NCBI GenBank assembly: GCA_049510745.1
Contig: JBEKYR010000026.1
Coordinates: 1-64,000 of the forward strand
Reading direction: 5' to 3'
DNA from: Verrucomicrobiota bacterium
GTDB lineage: Bacteria > Verrucomicrobiota > Verrucomicrobiia > Limisphaerales > Palsa-1400
Length of the DNA stretch: 64,000 nt
The notes beneath the pieces are model-generated. The model did not search any database and was not told the DNA's origin. It was given only the letters and a program-made list of their open reading frames with translations. Made by a program: the position numbers and the translations under genes. Of the stretch, positions 1-10,120 are shown piece after piece (position 1 is the first letter of the stretch; every line of letters begins with the position of its first letter).

Positions 1-342
1 TTGAAGCCGGAATGCGGGGAGTCTAAATTCAAATTTCCCCTCTGTCGAGAAAAATGTGGAATCCGGGCGGACCGAGGGCGCCTCCCGGTTTTTGGAGCTT
101 CTGCGACCCTGTCCGATCCCTGCCAAAAACTGAGAGGCGGCCGAAGACGCGGCTGGAAATGCGTTCTTGTTGCATTGGCGCCGGATTCGGTTCATTGTTC
201 CCGCCGCAATTCTATGAGATCGTCCGCCCGCCGCTTGTTCCGGCTCGTTCCGGCGCTCGCGGTTTTTGCCGCGCTCGCCCAACCCGTTCCCGCGCCGCCG
301 CCGGAGGCGCGCTGGGAGATTCCCTGAAACACCGCATCAACT

Positions 343-2664
343 ATGACCTCATTGAGAACCTTAATTTCCGCCTCGTGCGCCGGCCTGGCTGTCTTGACAG
401 CGACCCCCGGCCTTTCCGCCAATACGCCCCATTCGTTTGCCATCGGAACGAACGACTTTCTCCTGGACGGGCGCCCGTTTCAAATCCGCTGCGGCGAACT
501 CCACGCCGCCCGCGTGCCGCGCCCTTACTGGCGCCACCGCCTGCAAATGGCCAGGGCGATGGGTTTGAACACCGTCTGCGCCTACCTCTTTTGGAATTTG
601 CACGAGCCGCAGCCGGGCGTTTTCGACTGGAGCGGCCAGGCGGACGACGCCGAGTTCTGCCGCATCGCGCAAGAGGAGGGGCTGTGGGTGATCCTGCGTC
701 CGGGGCCGTACTCGTGCGCGGAATGGGAAATGGGCGGCACGCCGTGGTGGCTGCTCAAAAGCGAGGGCATCGCCCTGCGCAGCCGCGATCCGCGTTACCT
801 CGGCCCGGTGAAAAACTATTTGAAGGAAGTCGGCCGCGTGCTTGCCCCGCTGCAAATCACCCGCGGCGGGCCGATTCTGATGGTGCAGGCCGAGAACGAA
901 TACGGTTTCTTCGGCAACGACGCCGGCTACATGGGCGAGATACGCCAGGCGCTGCTCGACGCCGGCTTTGACGTGCCGCTCTTCGCCTGCAATCCGCCCT
1001 CGGTGATGACCAACGGCTGGCGCGACGATTTGTTTCAGGCGGTCAATTTCGGGAGCGATCCGGCGGACAATTTCAAGAGGCTCCGCGCGCTCCGCCCCCA
1101 AGGCCCGCTGCTCTGCAGCGAGTTTTATCCCGGCTGGTTCGACACCTGGGGCCAGCCGCATCATCTTGGCAACGCCCCGCGCTATCTGAGCGACATGGCC
1201 AAGATGCTCGAGGCCGGCGCTTCCTTCAGCATTTATATGGCGCACGGCGGCACGACCTTTGGCCTCTGGTCCGGTTGCGACCGGCCCTTCAAGCCGGACA
1301 CTTCCAGCTATGATTACGACGCCCCGATCAGCGAGGCGGGCTGGACGACGGAAAAATTCTTCCAGACCCGCCAACTCTTCGCCAAACATCTGATGCCCGG
1401 CGAAACGCTGCCCGAACCGCCCGCGAAAAATCCCGTCATCGCCTTTGCGCCCGTGACGTTGACCGAGTCCGCCCCGGTTTTTGCCAATTTGCCCGCCCCC
1501 TTCCATGACACTCAGCCCGGCAACATGGAGAAATACGACCAGGGCTACGGGTGCATTTTGTACCGGACCACCGTTCCCGCCGGCCCGGCCGCCCGGCTCG
1601 AGGCCGCGGCGGTTCACGACTTTGGATTTGTTTTTCTGGACGGGGAGCGTGTCGGCATCATTGACCGACGCCGGGCGGGCGCCGGCCTTCAGTTGCCTGC
1701 CCGCCCCAAGCCGGCGCAACTGGACCTCCTGGTCGAACCGGTCGGCCGGATCAATTTCGGCCCCGAAATGGTTGACCGCAAGGGCCTCATCGCGTCTGTG
1801 AAGCTGGCCGGAAACGAGCTGACCGGCTGGGACATCTTCCGCCTTCCTCTGGACGGCAGAATGCTGGACGGCCTGAAATTCCGCGCCGCCGGGAGCAACG
1901 GCCCGGCGTTCTGGCGCGGAACGGTCAACCTTGAAACCCCCGGCGACACGTTTCTGGACCTGCGCGGCTGGGGCAAAGGCGACTTGTGGGTCAACGGCCA
2001 TTGCCTGGGACGTTTCTGGAACATCGGCCCGACGCAGACGGCTTACGTTCCCGGTTGCTGGCTGCGGTCCGGCCCCAATGAAATCCTGATTCTGGATTTG
2101 GCCGGCCCTTCCCAGCCGGCCGTTGCCGGACTCGAACAACCGATCCTCAACCAACTCCGTCCCGGTCTGGATTTTGCCAGGACGCGCCGGCCAAACGTGA
2201 AATTGAATCTCGCTTCTGTCGCGCCGGTCCACAGTGGTTCCTTTGCGCCCGGAGCGGACGCACAGGAAGTCAAGTTGGACGCGCCGGCCCGCGGACGGTA
2301 TTTCTGCCTTGAATCGCTCAACGCGCACGATGGGAAAGCCTACGCGACGATTGCGGAACTGGATTTGCTCGGCGCGGACGGCAAGAACATCAGCCACGAC
2401 GGCTGGACGGTGGCGTTTGTGGACAGCGAGGAACTCGAGAGGGAAGACGGCTCGGCGGAAAACGCGATTGACGGCCAGACGGAGAGCTTCTGGCACACCC
2501 AATGGGTCAGCGCCTCGCCCCCGCATCCCCACCAACTGGTGCTGGACCTGGGCCGTTCCCAAGTCATCACGGGCATCCGCTATGTGCCGCGTCAGAGTGC
2601 CGGCGGCGGTCGGATCAAGGACTTTCGCCTCTACGTCGGCGACAACCTTGTGGGCAAATTCTGA
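343..2664 (+). CDS. Secreted GH35 beta-galactosidase with C-terminal F5/8 type C (CBM32-like) domain
   Basis: N-terminal signal-like segment; GH35 motifs GELHAARVP, WNLHEP, LRPGPYSCAEW, QAENEYG, SEFYPGWF, TSSYDYDAP; C-terminal AIDG...FWHT discoidin signature. Confidence 0.93.
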   Translation: MTSLRTLISASCAGLAVLTATPGLSANTPHSFAIGTNDFLLDGRPFQIRCGELHAARVPRPYWRHRLQMARAMGLNTVCAYLFWNLHEPQPGVFDWSGQADDAEFCRIAQEEGLWVILRPGPYSCAEWEMGGTPWWLLKSEGIALRSRDPRYLGPVKNYLKEVGRVLAPLQITRGGPILMVQAENEYGFFGNDAGYMGEIRQALLDAGFDVPLFACNPPSVMTNGWRDDLFQAVNFGSDPADNFKRLRALRPQGPLLCSEFYPGWFDTWGQPHHLGNAPRYLSDMAKMLEAGASFSIYMAHGGTTFGLWSGCDRPFKPDTSSYDYDAPISEAGWTTEKFFQTRQLFAKHLMPGETLPEPPAKNPVIAFAPVTLTESAPVFANLPAPFHDTQPGNMEKYDQGYGCILYRTTVPAGPAARLEAAAVHDFGFVFLDGERVGIIDRRRAGAGLQLPARPKPAQLDLLVEPVGRINFGPEMVDRKGLIASVKLAGNELTGWDIFRLPLDGRMLDGLKFRAAGSNGPAFWRGTVNLETPGDTFLDLRGWGKGDLWVNGHCLGRFWNIGPTQTAYVPGCWLRSGPNEILILDLAGPSQPAVAGLEQPILNQLRPGLDFARTRRPNVKLNLASVAPVHSGSFAPGADAQEVKLDAPARGRYFCLESLNAHDGKAYATIAELDLLGADGKNISHDGWTVAFVDSEELEREDGSAENAIDGQTESFWHTQWVSASPPHPHQLVLDLGRSQVITGIRYVPRQSAGGGRIKDFRLYVGDNLVGKF

Positions 2665-2774
2665 TTCCCCCAGCGCGGCAAATATGTCCGTTCCGGGCCG
2701 GCTGAGGGTCATTTTTGCCGGTCATTTCCCCTTCCAAGGGCTGGTTTGGCCCTGTTTCCGGCCAAAAAACCCCG

Positions 2775-2790
2775 TGGCATGGCCGTTGCT
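2775..2790 (+). promoter_or_regulatory. Sigma54 (-24/-12) promoter upstream of fliW
   Basis: TGGCAT-GGCCG-TTGCT matches TGGCAC-N5-TTGCW with correct GG-N10-GC spacing, 30 nt before the fliW ATG. Confidence 0.75.
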
Positions 2791-2819
2791 TATGCCAGTA
2801 AGTCCGATGAGATAAAAGC

Positions 2820-3248
2820 ATGAATACCTTAGAACTTATGGCACCGGAAACGCGCGCCACCAATGGAAATGACGTGATCCAGCTCCCGGACGGGCTGCTC
2901 GGATTCGAGGGCGTCAAGAACTACGTGCTGCTGACGCGCCCCGAAGAAGCGCCCTTCCTGTGGCTCCAGATGATCGATGACCCCAAACGCGCCTTCCTGG
3001 TCCTGCCGCCCCATTTCATTTTGGCCGACTACCAGCCCGACCTTAGCGAGCTGGATGTCGAGTTCCTTGACTTGATCGAGCCTTCCGACGCCTTCGTCCT
3101 CAACATCGTCACGCTGCGCGCCCACGGGCGGGCCACGGCCAATCTCAGGGGGCCAATCGTCATCAATCGACGCACTCTTATTGGCAAACAGGTCATCCCT
3201 GTCAATGCCTCCCAATATGCCTTACAGCATCCCCTTCCCGTTTCCTAA
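2820..3248 (+). CDS. fliW: Flagellar assembly factor FliW (CsrA antagonist)
   Basis: PDGLLGFE, PFLWLQ and TANLRGPIVIN motifs; adjacent to csrA. Confidence 0.93.
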   Translation: MNTLELMAPETRATNGNDVIQLPDGLLGFEGVKNYVLLTRPEEAPFLWLQMIDDPKRAFLVLPPHFILADYQPDLSELDVEFLDLIEPSDAFVLNIVTLRAHGRATANLRGPIVINRRTLIGKQVIPVNASQYALQHPLPVS

Positions 3249-3271
3249 ACGTTTTCATTCCCGACACGCCT

Positions 3272-3535
3272 ATGCTCATCCTCTCCCGCAAGCCCGGCGA
3301 AAGTATCGTAATTGATGGCCGCATCACAATCAAAGTCATGCGCCTTGATGGCGACCTGGTCAAAATCGGCATTGAAGCGCCCATCAATGTCCCGGTGCAT
3401 CGCCAGGAGGTCTATGATGAAATCCAGAAGAATAACCGGGAAGCCCTGACTCATCCCCGCGGCAAGCTGCCGCGCCTCTCCCCCAGGGCGGTCGCTTTGG
3501 CCTGTGACACTCCATCCCATGCTCATCAACACTGA
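3272..3535 (+). CDS. csrA: Carbon storage regulator CsrA, FliW-regulated type with C-terminal extension
   Basis: MLILSRKPGESIVI...VKIGIEAP..VPVHRQEVY; Asn at position 55 and an extended C-terminus. Confidence 0.95.
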   Translation: MLILSRKPGESIVIDGRITIKVMRLDGDLVKIGIEAPINVPVHRQEVYDEIQKNNREALTHPRGKLPRLSPRAVALACDTPSHAHQH

Positions 3536-3833
3536 TCTCTCTTCCGATACCGCCGCTCTGGCCCGTTCCCAGAACCGGGCGGACACCAGCGCGCCGGCTG
3601 CCACCTCGCAGAACACTCCGGACGCCAGCCAATTGGACCCCTCGCTTCAGCGCCTGAGCGGCGCCTCGGTCGAGGTGCTGGACGCCGATTGGGAAATCCA
3701 GGATCAGGCCGGCGCCGACCAGGCCGTGTCCTTTGCGCGCCAGAACATCTTGAACCAGTCCGGGATGGCCCTGACCTCTCAGGCCAACCAATTGTCTCAA
3801 AACGTTCTCAGCCTGCTGCAACCCGTCGATTAA
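3519..3833 (+). CDS. Small protein consisting of a flagellin C-terminal (D0) helical domain only
   Basis: ATG at 3519; C-terminus ARQNILNQSGMALTSQANQLSQNVLSLLQ is the flagellin C-terminal motif; no flagellin N-terminal domain. Confidence 0.75.
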   Translation: MLINTDLSSDTAALARSQNRADTSAPAATSQNTPDASQLDPSLQRLSGASVEVLDADWEIQDQAGADQAVSFARQNILNQSGMALTSQANQLSQNVLSLLQPVD

Positions 3834-3857
3834 TCCGGCCTCGTGCCGCGTTGAATT

Positions 3858-4109
3858 ATGAAAGGATTCTCCACCGCGTCCGAAAACCCTGCTCTCTGCC
3901 AGCCCCACCCCGGCATCTCGATTCCCGAACAACTTATCGCCCTGGCCAACGAAGCCTTCGCCCTCGAAGCCCTGGCCTGCGGCTTCCTGGACAGGCCCGA
4001 TGGCGACGCGCGCCCGCCGGAGGCCGGCGCTTACCTGGCCGACACGCAAAAGGCGCAGTCGGGCCGGACGGTGCCATTATTCAATAAACCAGGCCAGAAA
4101 AGCTCATGA
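3858..4109 (+). CDS. Hypothetical protein
   Basis: 83-aa ORF with ATGA overlap into the next gene; no recognised motif. Confidence 0.4.
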   Translation: MKGFSTASENPALCQPHPGISIPEQLIALANEAFALEALACGFLDRPDGDARPPEAGAYLADTQKAQSGRTVPLFNKPGQKSS

Positions 4110-7100
4110 GCAAGCCCGCCTCCGACACGCCCGGCGCCCCAATCTCGATGCCCCCACTGCCACCCAAGCCGGCGGCGGCCCCATTCGCCAATCCTCACCA
4201 GCAACACGAGGGGAAGGATGCTGAAGGCATACGAAAAATGAAACCCAGCCCCACGCTGAATACGATGAGTCCCATCCTGGTGAATACCTTCGATTACAAC
4301 TCCTGCTCTGCCGGAGTTCGCGTGATGCACTATCTGGCCGCGCTGCTCCGTTCGGCGGACATCCCGGTGGCGGTGACAAGCCCGTGCTTTTACGACCCGA
4401 CAATTCCAGTGCGCGCGCAAGCCCTGCCCGACGACATCGTGGTTTATCCCGACGCCACTCGGGGCAACGGCATCGGCGCCAATCGCATCTGCCGATATAT
4501 GCTCTACTACGCCCACGCCTATTTCGGCGGTGACCGAATAGCGAAAGACGAATGCGCGATTGTCTATCACCACAATTATCTGGCCGACGTGCAAGCGCAT
4601 TGCGACTCTCCGTTGACTGAGGAGGACGTCATCACCATTCCGATTCTTGACAGCGAGTGGTGCTTCCCGGAGGCAAAGACCATCGAGAACGTGCTTTACG
4701 CGGGAAAGGGGAGGGACAAAGCGCTGCCGCTAATGGATTGCATGCTTGTTCCTGCCGCAAACGCCCCTGAAAACAGCGGCGCGCCTTACGCGGACCATTA
4801 TGCGCACATGAGGACACTGGCCATGCTGCGAAAGGCGAAGAACTTTTACACGCTGGACCCGCACACGTTGATGTCCTGCGAGGCCGCGCTGTGCGGCTGC
4901 AAGGTGTTTTACGCCCGGGACGATAACACCTTCGAAGAACAAAGCGACATCGTGGAAGAGTCCCGAAAGCAAGTGATGTCCCCCGAGCGCGATGTCGCCC
5001 TTGCGCGGAAGTTGGCCGACAAAATTTACCGGTTCTTTGAAACGCGGACCGTGGCGCAACCTGCCCTGGGGCCGTCTCGACCAATCCCGACCGACACCGG
5101 CGCGCCGGCTTTCACCCCGCAGAAAAAGCGCGCCGAACCGGGGCGGCTGGCTCACGCGCAAGCTGGTAGTCCAAAAATCAAGGTCGGTGTTCTTTCACTG
5201 GACCCTGATCGAACCGCCTGTGCATATCTCCGTTTGGTGGCGCCTTTGAATTATTTGCACGCCCAGGGCCGGATCGAATATCTGCCGCTATGTGAGGCGC
5301 AAAATGGCCGCATTACACTCAATCAAAAGAATTTCCAGCAAGTTCAACTTATCGTCATCCAGCGGACCATGCCGATTTGTATGCCGTTTCAGGTCTTGCG
5401 GGCCGCCATCAAAAATCCAGCGGCCAGAATAGTTTTTGAACTGGATGACGCGCTGACACTGGTTCCGGGCAGCCATCCAGCCTGTGGCCAGTTCCAGTTG
5501 ATTCGGCCACAAATAGAGGATTATTTGCGGAATGCCGATCTGGTAACCGTTTCAACGCCCCAGCTTAAAGAGGTCTATTCATCCTATAACGACCACATCG
5601 AGGTTTTGCCCAACACCGTGGACCCCCAACTCTGGCTGCCGTTGCCGCCGAAGGCTCCGCAGAAGACGAAAGTCACCATTCTCTTTGCCGGCACGTTGAC
5701 GCACCAGAACGACCTTGCTTTAATCGAGCCGGCGATTGAACGCATCATCCAGGAGTTCGGGGATAGAGTCGAGTTTCTGTTCTGGGGCAACCTGCCGGCC
5801 AGCCTCCACAACAGGCCCAGGATCAAGAGCATCGCCGAGTTCACGCCAGACTATCGGCAGTACGTCGAGCGGATGAAGACGCTGCCGGTGGACCTGGCAC
5901 TTGTGCCTTTGGAGGTGACGCCATTCAACCGGACAAAATCTGACATCAAATGGCTTGAATATTCCGCCTGCAAAATCCCCGCCATTTTCTCGGATCTCGA
6001 GCCCTACAACCAGTCGGTCGTACATGGAAAAACCGGCTGGCTGGCGGCCAATACGGTCGAAGTGTGGCATGGCGCCATAAAGACGCTGATTCTGGATGAT
6101 GGTTTGCGCCAAGCCATTGCCGAAAACGCCCATCAAACCGTCCTGGCGAGCCGCTCCTTGGAGGCAAACGCCGATCTTTGGGTGCAAGCGTATGAAAAGG
6201 CTCTCGCCTTGCCTCCGAAAACAGCCTTCCACGAACGGCCTGTAATCTCGATCATCATTCCGACTTTCAATAAAATAGAATTGACTCGCCGATGCCTCCA
6301 GACCATCTCCGCCCATACTCCGGCCCCGGCCCACGAAATCATTGTCGTGGACAACGGCTCGACCGACGGCACCCCCGATTTCCTCCGGGCCGAGGAAACG
6401 GCCGGACGCCTCCGCGCCATCCTGAATCCGGAAAACACCGGCTTCGCCAAAGCCTGCAATCAAGGGGCCAGGGCCGCGCGCGGCCATTACATTGTCTTCC
6501 TGAACAACGACACCGAGGTTCAGTCCAACTGGCTGGGCGCGCTTTTCGCCCTGGCCGAGGCCGATCCCGCCGTCGCCGCCGTCGGCGGCAAACTGCTTTA
6601 TCCCGACGGCACCATTCAACACGCGGGCGTCGCCCTGGCCGATTGCTGGGACCATGATCCGTTGCTGGCCTTTCACCTCTTTGCCAAGGAGAAGGCGGAC
6701 TTTCCCCTGGCCAACCAGCGCCGCGTCTATCAAGCCGTCACCGCCGCCTGCATGTTGGCGCGCAAATCGCATTTCGATCAGGTGGGCGGGTTCGACGAGG
6801 AGTTTTGGAACGGTTACGAGGACGTGGACCTGTGCCTGCGTTTCCAGGAACGCGGCTGGCTCGCCGTCTATGAGCCGGCCAGCGTCGTCATTCATTACGA
6901 ATCCCAAAGCGGCCCGGAGCGGTTCCGGCGCGCCGCCGAAAACGTGGTGCGATTCCACCGCAAATGGCTGGAGAAAGCCACTCCGGACGTTATTATTGAC
7001 CAAGGCGGCAAGAGCCAGGTTTGCCAGTCTTCGACCCTGCGCCTCTATGCTCCGCCGCCCGGAAAACTGGTTTCCATCATCCTCCTGGCCCACAACCAGC

Positions 7101-9925
7101 TCCGCGACACCCAGCAGTGCCTGGCCAGCATCGAAAAACACACCCCGCAGGCCCACGAATTGATCCTGGTCGATAACGGCTCGACCGACGGCACCACGCA
7201 ATACTTTCGCCAATACGCCGCCCGGCGCGAAAACGTCCGCGTCATCTTCAATCGCGCCAACCTCGGCTTCTCCGCCGGCAACAACCAGGGCCTGGCTTGC
7301 GCCAAGGGCGACGCCATTCTCCTCCTCAACAACGATACCGTCGTCACCCCCGGATGGCTGGAGCGCCTGCTGGCCGCCTTCGACCTCTATCCCGACTGCG
7401 GCCTGGTTGGCCCCGTTTCCAATTCCGTCTCCGGCCCGCAACTGGTTTCCGCCGCCAATTATTCGAGCCTGGAACAACTGCCCAAGTTCGCCGCCCAGTG
7501 GAACGCCGCGCACGCCGGCCAATCCCTCGAGACGGCCCGCCTGGTTGGTTTCTGCCTTATGCTCCGTCGCGCCGTTTTGGACAAAGTCGGCGGCCTCGAC
7601 CCGCAATTCGGCACCGGCAATTTCGAGGACGACGATCTTTGCATCCGCGCGGGTTTGGCCGGCTTCAAACTCCGCGTCGTCCTGGATTCATTCGTGCATC
7701 ACACCGGGGGCCAGACTTTTAAAGGGGCCAAAATTGATTATCGCGCCAGCATGTTGCGCAATTGGGAACTGTTCAAAACCAAGTGGGGACTGGCGCAAGA
7801 CGCGCCGCTGGAATTGGGCTACCGTCTGCCCTCGACCGCCCCCGCCGGCCTCGCTCTCCGCGTGGCGCCGCCCGATTTGTCCCGCACCCACGCCTCCGCC
7901 TTCGAGGGCCGTTGCTGGATCGACAAGACGCTCCCCCAGGCTGTCATAAAGAAATCTCCGCGCAAACCCGCCGCTCTTTCGCTCCCGCCTTGCGCCCTGG
8001 CCGGCCAGCTCGGCCCTGCCCGCGACCTTCTCCGCCGCAAGCAACTGCCCGCCGCCTGGGAAGCCGCCGCCGCCGCCCTTCTCTCCCGCCCGTACCATCC
8101 GGAAGCTTATCTGCTCCTGGGCGAAATCGCCCTCGCCGCCGGACATGGCGACGCGGCCCGGCTCTGCGCCCGGCACGCGCGCGAGTTGGCTCCGGGTTGG
8201 GCGCCGCCCAAACAGTTTCTCAAAAACCCCCCGCGCGGCAACGCCAGGCCGCAATGGCTCAAGCTGCCGCCGGCCCTGGACAACCCGCCCGCCGCCCCGG
8301 CCGCCCCGCGCCTCTCCGTTTGTTTGATCGCCAAAAACGAGGAGAAATTCCTCGGCGCTTGCCTCAAATCGGTCCGCGCCCTGGCCTGGCAAATCATCGT
8401 GGTGGACACCGGCTCGACCGACCGCACGGTTGAAATCGCCAGGGAACACGGCGCGGAGGTTTATCATTTCCCCTGGTGCGACGATTTCAGCGCCGCCCGC
8501 AACGCCGCCCTCGAACACGCCCGCGGCGACTGGGTCCTGGCGCTGGACGCCGACGAGGAATTGATGGAGGGCCAGGCGGAAATCCTGGCGCGCGAAATCC
8601 AGGCGCCCGCCGTGATGGGCTACCGCATGCCGATTATTGACAGAGGCCGCGAACAGGACGGCTGCAGCTATGTGCCGCGCCTGTTCCGCAACGCGCCCGG
8701 CCTGTTCTTCCTCGGCCGGGTTCACGAGCAGGCCTTCAGCAGCATCCAGGTGCGCTGCCAGCAATGGGGGTTGAAGCACCAATTGGGCAAGGCCACCCTC
8801 TTGCATCACGGTTACACCGACGAACTCGTGGCCGGCCGGAACAAGATTGAGCGCAATCTGCGCCTCCTCGAACGCGCCATCGAAGAACTCCCCGACGAAC
8901 CGAATCTCCTCATGAGCCTGGGCCTCGAACTGGTCCGTTCCGGAAAAATCGAGGCCGGCATCGACCGCTATTGGGAGGCCTTCCATCTCCTTTCCGCCCT
9001 GCCGCCGGCGCAGGTCACGCCCGAATTGCGCGAGACCCTCCTCACCCAGTTCACCTCCCACTTGATGGCCGCCAAACGCTTCTCCGAAATCGTTCAACTC
9101 TGGCAGATTCCCTTCGCCCAATCCGCCGGCCTGACCGCCTCGCAACATTTCAGCCTCGGCCTGGCCTATCTGGAATTGCAGCAGCCCGCCGAGGCCGCCG
9201 AACAGATGCGCCAATGCGTCGCCAAACGCCGCCGCCCCGTTCTTTCCCCCATCAACCGCGAAATCCTCAAGGCGGGGCCGAACCACTGCCTGGCGTTATG
9301 CTTGACAAAATTGGGCGAGGCCGGCGCCGCCCGGCAGGCCTTCGATGCCGCCCTGGCCGACGACCCGTCCGCCCGCCCGGTCCGGTTTGATTTCGCCCGT
9401 TTCCACGCCGCGCAAGGCCGCCCCATCGACGCGCTCAAGCTGCTCAACCAGTTGCGGGAGGAAAATCCCGCCGACCTTCTGGTCTGGCATTTGGGCGGGC
9501 AGATCGCCCTCAGCCGGCCCGAGTCCCTGGAATTCGCCTGCAACTGGACCGGCGAAGCCGTCAAACACTTCCCGCAGAATCAAAGCCTCCTCGTGCAACG
9601 CGCCGAAGCTCTGATGCTCAGCCAGGACATCGAACAAGCCTTGCCGCTCTGGAGGGACGCGCACGCTCCCAATTCCCCCCGGCAACGCGCGGCCCTCGTC
9701 CTGTGCGAACTGCTTGCGGGCGCGCCGCGCCATCAAATCCTCCCCGCCGAAGAACCGTCCCTCAGCCAGGAAGCCATCTATTGGTATCGGCAATGGATCA
9801 ACGTCGGCGCGCACTCCCTGCTCCACCAACTGCACGAGAGCATGGAGAAAATCCGGCTCGTCCTGCCCGGTTTCGTGCGCGCCTGGGAAGCCGCCACCCG
9901 CCAAGTCCGCCAGGCCGCCGCTTGA
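4106..9925 (+). CDS. Giant multidomain glycosyltransferase (putative GT-B-like modules, three GT2 modules, TPRs), probably flagellin or surface glycosylation
   Basis: Three GT2 starts (SIIIPTFN, SIILLAHN, SVCLIAKNEE) each with VDxGSTD and a DxD-like motif; GT4-like KSDIKWLEYS module; helical TPR-like segments. True start could be 4238 or 4265. Confidence 0.88.
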   Translation: MSKPASDTPGAPISMPPLPPKPAAAPFANPHQQHEGKDAEGIRKMKPSPTLNTMSPILVNTFDYNSCSAGVRVMHYLAALLRSADIPVAVTSPCFYDPTIPVRAQALPDDIVVYPDATRGNGIGANRICRYMLYYAHAYFGGDRIAKDECAIVYHHNYLADVQAHCDSPLTEEDVITIPILDSEWCFPEAKTIENVLYAGKGRDKALPLMDCMLVPAANAPENSGAPYADHYAHMRTLAMLRKAKNFYTLDPHTLMSCEAALCGCKVFYARDDNTFEEQSDIVEESRKQVMSPERDVALARKLADKIYRFFETRTVAQPALGPSRPIPTDTGAPAFTPQKKRAEPGRLAHAQAGSPKIKVGVLSLDPDRTACAYLRLVAPLNYLHAQGRIEYLPLCEAQNGRITLNQKNFQQVQLIVIQRTMPICMPFQVLRAAIKNPAARIVFELDDALTLVPGSHPACGQFQLIRPQIEDYLRNADLVTVSTPQLKEVYSSYNDHIEVLPNTVDPQLWLPLPPKAPQKTKVTILFAGTLTHQNDLALIEPAIERIIQEFGDRVEFLFWGNLPASLHNRPRIKSIAEFTPDYRQYVERMKTLPVDLALVPLEVTPFNRTKSDIKWLEYSACKIPAIFSDLEPYNQSVVHGKTGWLAANTVEVWHGAIKTLILDDGLRQAIAENAHQTVLASRSLEANADLWVQAYEKALALPPKTAFHERPVISIIIPTFNKIELTRRCLQTISAHTPAPAHEIIVVDNGSTDGTPDFLRAEETAGRLRAILNPENTGFAKACNQGARAARGHYIVFLNNDTEVQSNWLGALFALAEADPAVAAVGGKLLYPDGTIQHAGVALADCWDHDPLLAFHLFAKEKADFPLANQRRVYQAVTAACMLARKSHFDQVGGFDEEFWNGYEDVDLCLRFQERGWLAVYEPASVVIHYESQSGPERFRRAAENVVRFHRKWLEKATPDVIIDQGGKSQVCQSSTLRLYAPPPGKLVSIILLAHNQLRDTQQCLASIEKHTPQAHELILVDNGSTDGTTQYFRQYAARRENVRVIFNRANLGFSAGNNQGLACAKGDAILLLNNDTVVTPGWLERLLAAFDLYPDCGLVGPVSNSVSGPQLVSAANYSSLEQLPKFAAQWNAAHAGQSLETARLVGFCLMLRRAVLDKVGGLDPQFGTGNFEDDDLCIRAGLAGFKLRVVLDSFVHHTGGQTFKGAKIDYRASMLRNWELFKTKWGLAQDAPLELGYRLPSTAPAGLALRVAPPDLSRTHASAFEGRCWIDKTLPQAVIKKSPRKPAALSLPPCALAGQLGPARDLLRRKQLPAAWEAAAAALLSRPYHPEAYLLLGEIALAAGHGDAARLCARHARELAPGWAPPKQFLKNPPRGNARPQWLKLPPALDNPPAAPAAPRLSVCLIAKNEEKFLGACLKSVRALAWQIIVVDTGSTDRTVEIAREHGAEVYHFPWCDDFSAARNAALEHARGDWVLALDADEELMEGQAEILAREIQAPAVMGYRMPIIDRGREQDGCSYVPRLFRNAPGLFFLGRVHEQAFSSIQVRCQQWGLKHQLGKATLLHHGYTDELVAGRNKIERNLRLLERAIEELPDEPNLLMSLGLELVRSGKIEAGIDRYWEAFHLLSALPPAQVTPELRETLLTQFTSHLMAAKRFSEIVQLWQIPFAQSAGLTASQHFSLGLAYLELQQPAEAAEQMRQCVAKRRRPVLSPINREILKAGPNHCLALCLTKLGEAGAARQAFDAALADDPSARPVRFDFARFHAAQGRPIDALKLLNQLREENPADLLVWHLGGQIALSRPESLEFACNWTGEAVKHFPQNQSLLVQRAEALMLSQDIEQALPLWRDAHAPNSPRQRAALVLCELLAGAPRHQILPAEEPSLSQEAIYWYRQWINVGAHSLLHQLHESMEKIRLVLPGFVRAWEAATRQVRQAAA

Positions 9926-10120
9926 TCGCGGTGACAGGGGTGGAATTGAAAATTGCAAATTGAAAATTTTCAATCTGCAATTGCAGATTCATCCGCTCCG
10001 CGCCGGGCCTTCCTTGGTTGCCGTGCGCTTAATAAATCAGGCTTCCCCCTTGGCAAAACATGGCCGCCTCCTTTGGCCAAGTCTTGCCAATCCATCCTTG
10101 TGGAGTTACGCTGAAAACGC

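Noticed and set aside
214..327. Short signal-peptide-like ORF (MRSSARRLFRLVPALAVFAALAQP...) before the GH35 gene
   Set aside because: Only 37 codons; could be a truncated gene start but cannot be supported
361..2712. Long antisense ORFs (783 aa here; also 5720-7606, 29396-31456, 39915-42497 and others)
   Set aside because: Shadow frames of well-supported high-GC genes on the opposite strand, with no motifs
2800..3560. Sigma28 promoters (tccgatga, tccgatac) in the flagellar locus
   Set aside because: No correctly spaced TAAA -35 element
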